Positions 59,555 to 64,000 of a stretch of DNA of 64,000 nucleotides are shown here, one piece after another. Location: assembly GCF_009914755.1 (NCBI RefSeq), contig NC_060928.1, one strand, 5' to 3'. The notes under the pieces were generated by a model. The model made no database searches, had not been told where the DNA came from, and saw only the letters and a list, made by a program, of their open reading frames with translations. Each line of letters opens with the position of its first letter. Position 1 is the first letter of the stretch. The DNA is from the human T2T-CHM13v2.0 reference genome, Homo sapiens. The position numbers were made by a program, and so were the translations under genes.

Positions 59555-61385
59555 GAGTAGAATAGTAGTTACTAGTGGCTGTGGAGGGTAGGGGGAAGGA
59601 GAGGAGAGGGAGAGAGAGGCTGGTCAATAGGTACAAATTTACAGTTAGAAAGAATTTCATTGTTTTATTACATGGTAGGGTGACTATAGAAAATAATTAC
59701 GTACTGTGTATTTCAAGATAACTAGAAGACAGCTAGACTTTGCATATTGTCAAGACTAGAAAACGATTAATGATTAAAGTAATGTATATGGTAATCACCC
59801 CAATTTGATTATTACACTATGTATACATGTACTGAAACATGACATTGTACCACATAAATATGTACAAATAATATGTGTCAAATATAAATTATTTTTAAGT
59901 AACTTTATTCAAGTGAGAATGGGGAGTTTTCTTTCGCTTAATTATCCTGAGCCTTTATTAACTTCCTTCACTTTAGCATCTTGAATCCAGTAAATGTTTT
60001 TAGACAAGAGACATTTAGGGAATTACTGCTCTCCCATTTTATGCAAGAATGAAGGTGCTTAGCTTTTCCTATCTGAATTATTTGCTAAAACTAAACTAAT
60101 TAGACATTCCAAAGATTTTGAATCTTGATAATGAAGACAGAAAAATGATTTTGATCTATGTGTTACAGGAGCAGTACACTGATAGGGAGTATTTTATGCT
60201 ACTTAGACTCCAGATAGCTGTCCTATCCTGTTCCTATAGCTTATCAGGTACGGTAGTATAGATTAAGCAAATAAAAATTTTAGAAAATTGCTAATTTATA
60301 TTATTTAAAATGTGAAAAAATATAATTAGGAATCAGAGTTTGTGTGTATTTTATTACATGGTGTTTATCCTATTATTTCAATTATTAATGTAGCACTTAC
60401 CAGAAATTCTGCTTTCAGCATGCCAGCATGGGTTACCATATATTTCTAATATGTGTGTTTGTGTGTGTGTGTGAGTATATGTCCATGAATACCAATTGTA
60501 AGATTCTATAAAGGACACTGAAGAGCCATATATCATTTGGTATAAGTAGATGAAGAAAGTATTTGCAGGAAGAAAATGAACCACCAAGTCAGAGTTTCTC
60601 ACCGTTTTTGCAGATTTGAGTCAGCTCTTCGACTTAAGGTCCTCCAATAAACAGCAGTTTATTTAGCTTGAGGACAGATCCTAGTATGCTAATATAAAAC
60701 CACATTTTTTTTTTTTTACCATAACTTGCCTTCTGTTTACCTTTGACTTGACTTCAGGGCATTCAAAGATGGATTTTTGAATGGAGAAAGGAGTCCAAAC
60801 CTACAGGAAGGGATACTGACTTTTTCAAAGTTTCTGAGCTAACTTGAATTCCTGAAGACACCAGATGCCATTGGGTTATACCAGTGAGGCATGTGATAAA
60901 TGGAGTTTGACCAGAGGAGATCACATACTCAACTCAGTGGAACTTTGAAACCAGCAGATATTCCTTGCTTTGATTCCTGTGTTTGTAGTTAGAGCAGACA
61001 ACTCCAGGAACTAAAGAATCCCTATGGAAAGTGTAGCCAAGAGCAGGAAAAAGCTAGTCACAGAATCCAGGCTACCCTATATAAAGCTTTGAAATGTGGT
61101 CCACTTCTGGCTCACAAGATTCCCACAATTTTTATGACTAATCTTAATAGGAAAAACACACATATTTGTGTCAGGAATTACTGACAGCCATCACCAATTA
61201 CCCGAATAATAGAAACAAGATTCAAGTTGAAAATGAATGAATGCTTCTTTTTACTGTCTAATATGAATTAAGTATTATCTGATTTGTCCCTCCACATTGT
61301 TTGATGTTCCTAACAGAATTCCATTATTCAGTGAAAATGGTATATTCAGGGAGGTCAACAGGAAGTAAAAATAAGTGAAACTTAC

Positions 61386-61464
61386 CTGAGTAGCTATCTC
61401 AGAGTTCTGACATGTCCTCTAACACTCTACATTGCTGCTGTATGACAGCTCACTCATGGAAATT
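61386..61464 (-). other. Candidate 79-nt non-coding internal exon
   Basis: Minus strand: ccccatctttgcttttcttcag|AATTTC...CTCAG|gtaagt; stop codons in all three frames. Confidence 0.4.
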
Positions 61465-62797
61465 CTGAAGAAAAGCAAAGATGGGGCATTCTCTAAACGG
61501 GTGTAATTTTAAAATGAAACTGCTTATCAGCTGTCTAGAAAAGGAGATGGCCTGATACACACAGGAAAAGTTTAATTAGGGCTGCTATAATATTTTGGAG
61601 CAATAAGTTAGATTAAATTAACCAGTCCATTTAGATATGTTGTCTTCTATTATGAGCTAAGAAGATCATTATATTTTGACAATGCATAGATCAAATATAT
61701 GCTAATTTATACTTCTCTGCAATCTTGTTCTCTTGATTATTTTTCTTCTTTTAGCAGGCTATTATTTTCTCAAGAGGATTTACAAGTAGCATTCACTGGT
61801 CATGACAAACCTTCAATTAACTGGCTTTCCTGCAGTGTGTATTATTATTTCATTATCAAGTTGTCTTTTCATTCTTTTTTCTCACTCTTTCAAGTTATTT
61901 ATTTATTGTAATTGGCCTACACACAATTTTCTTAATTATTTTTAATGACACTTTTGTTAACACTTACACACTTTTTCATAAAGTTGTTCTAGAAAAAAAA
62001 TCAAGTCGGATTTAAATTTGTTCTTCAAAAGATAGATTCAAAGGAACAAGCTCTGTCTGATATAGGAAACAGGTAAAATAAGTTTTAGTTTTCTGTTGCT
62101 CAAATGTACCTCTCAGGGTCTTGGTTTCCTTATTTCTAAAATTAAGGAGTTACCCTAGAAGATTTTTAATCTCTAATGTTGTGAATTTCTCTTTGGCAAT
62201 GCTCTTATATAACTAAAATAGTAAATGATTTAAAAACTGAAATTTTAGCTCAGTAATTGGCATTACATTTTTAAGTCCCTGAAAAGAATTAACTCCTGTA
62301 GATATCAGTTTCTTCATTTAAAAAATGGAGTCAATGATTCTAAACATTTTCCCTTTCATAATGGATAATGATGGCTTGTGCTACAAGTTTAATATACATG
62401 AATTATTTTCTATCTCCAGATAACATGATTGATTTTCTGACTGATTTGTGTAGCTTCATTTTCACATGCCAAAACTTCAACAAGGTATAAAATATGGCCA
62501 CAACTTGTAGTAAATTTAATGTGGTATGGATTAGTGAGTGCTATTTATATGCTGAAGATACACTAGTGTTACCTCAAAGAGCAATCCAAGAATACACATT
62601 TGCTAAGGCTGGGATAGTTCAGGATGTCTGCACTAGTGGTTGTTTATGGCATGAAAGATGCCTGGTCTGGCCTCCACGAAGCCCTGCCCCATCTGAGTCT
62701 CAGGAAAAGTTGCTGAAGCCTGGCTGTGTCTGCCCAGACACCAAGAAGACATGTGATGCATGTTATCATTGAGAAAGGAGAGCACTGTGGACATCTA

Positions 62798-63115
<318 letters not shown>

Positions 63116-64000
63116 TAATTGAAGCCCACAAGGAGTGCATGGGCTCTCTGAGATTTAAGATATGAAATAGTGTTCTTGAAGAACGAAGATTAAATAATTT
63201 CGGGAACTTTAATGAACTTTCATAAGTGGAAAAAGTATTTCTAATTTATTTTTTTAAACAAATATTAGTCGACAAAGGAAAAAAACAACTCAATTAGAGT
63301 ACAACTAGGAAAGGTGGGAATTATTTTAGAAATACATTTTTGAAAGCATGAAGGATTTCTAGTACAGTAAATATTTGAGGGGTCAAAGTCCTGGAGAGAA
63401 GAAAACTCAGGTGTGAGCCAAAAATTTGGAGGTATTTTTTGCCTATGAACTCCAAAATAAGCTGAGCCTCAGAAAAGCCACATAGAAAGTGGCAGTTGGA
63501 GTTAAGATAAGCACAATGTTAAAGTCTCTTAGGCCTCAATATAATTGCAAAAATATTTAACATAGGAATGAAAAAAACATATTATTCCTACTTGGCATAT
63601 AAAAAACATTATAAAGACTAATTAATTTGAAGTCACATAATGTATTGATATTAGAGATATTCGAGCCTTCAATGATAAAATTGTCTACCAAAAAGTCTGG
63701 AAAGAGGGTATTGAAGCATAGTTATTATTTAGATATTTTAAAAAGAAGGCAAAGTCATATGGGCAGTTCAGTTAATGGAATTGGGGGATGGGATGCAGTG
63801 AGTCAAATCAGACTTTCATATTCTTGAAGCTTGACTTTCCAGACCTAGGAATAGTCTAATATTTACTTTCAGCCCAAAGTAAATATGGTACAAGTAATAA
63901 GTTTGCTTTTTTCATCTGAAAATCATTTTTTTGGTAATATAAGGTAGAAAAAGAGACTAGAAAAACAAACAACATGTATTGATGTTATATATTTTCGCAT

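Larger units (their letters stand above)
56370..59897 (+). mobile_element. L1MA-type LINE, 5'-truncated, with two AluY insertions
   Basis: Peptide [39 protein letters not shown]...HDQMG; 3'UTR ggtcaataggtacaaa...gggtgactata...acattgtaccacataaatatgtacaa. Confidence 0.92.

Overview
Primate (human-like) nuclear DNA: AT-rich, repeat-dense, intergenic or deep-intronic. I find no host protein-coding gene, tRNA, rRNA or CRISPR array. Almost all listed ORFs are by-products of Alu, L1, LTR or microsatellite sequence. The only real protein homology is L1 ORF1/ORF2, best preserved in a 5'-truncated, disabled L1PA3-like copy at ~22.7-27.0 kb. The window records layered retrotransposition: two 5'-inverted (twin-primed) L1s, a 601-bp TG...CA solo LTR with a 5-bp TSD beside one inversion junction, a deeply nested ERV1 LTR/L1/MaLR/Alu stack at 13-22 kb, an apparent L1-made retrocopy of a MaLR-terminated RNA, a full THE1 element inside a MER52 LTR, several repair-type scars, and one clean non-coding minus-strand exon candidate. 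I cannot support a new biological system here; the best leads are mechanistic oddities and candidate regulatory or exon elements. Repeat subfamily names are from recalled consensus similarity and need RepeatMasker/Dfam confirmation.
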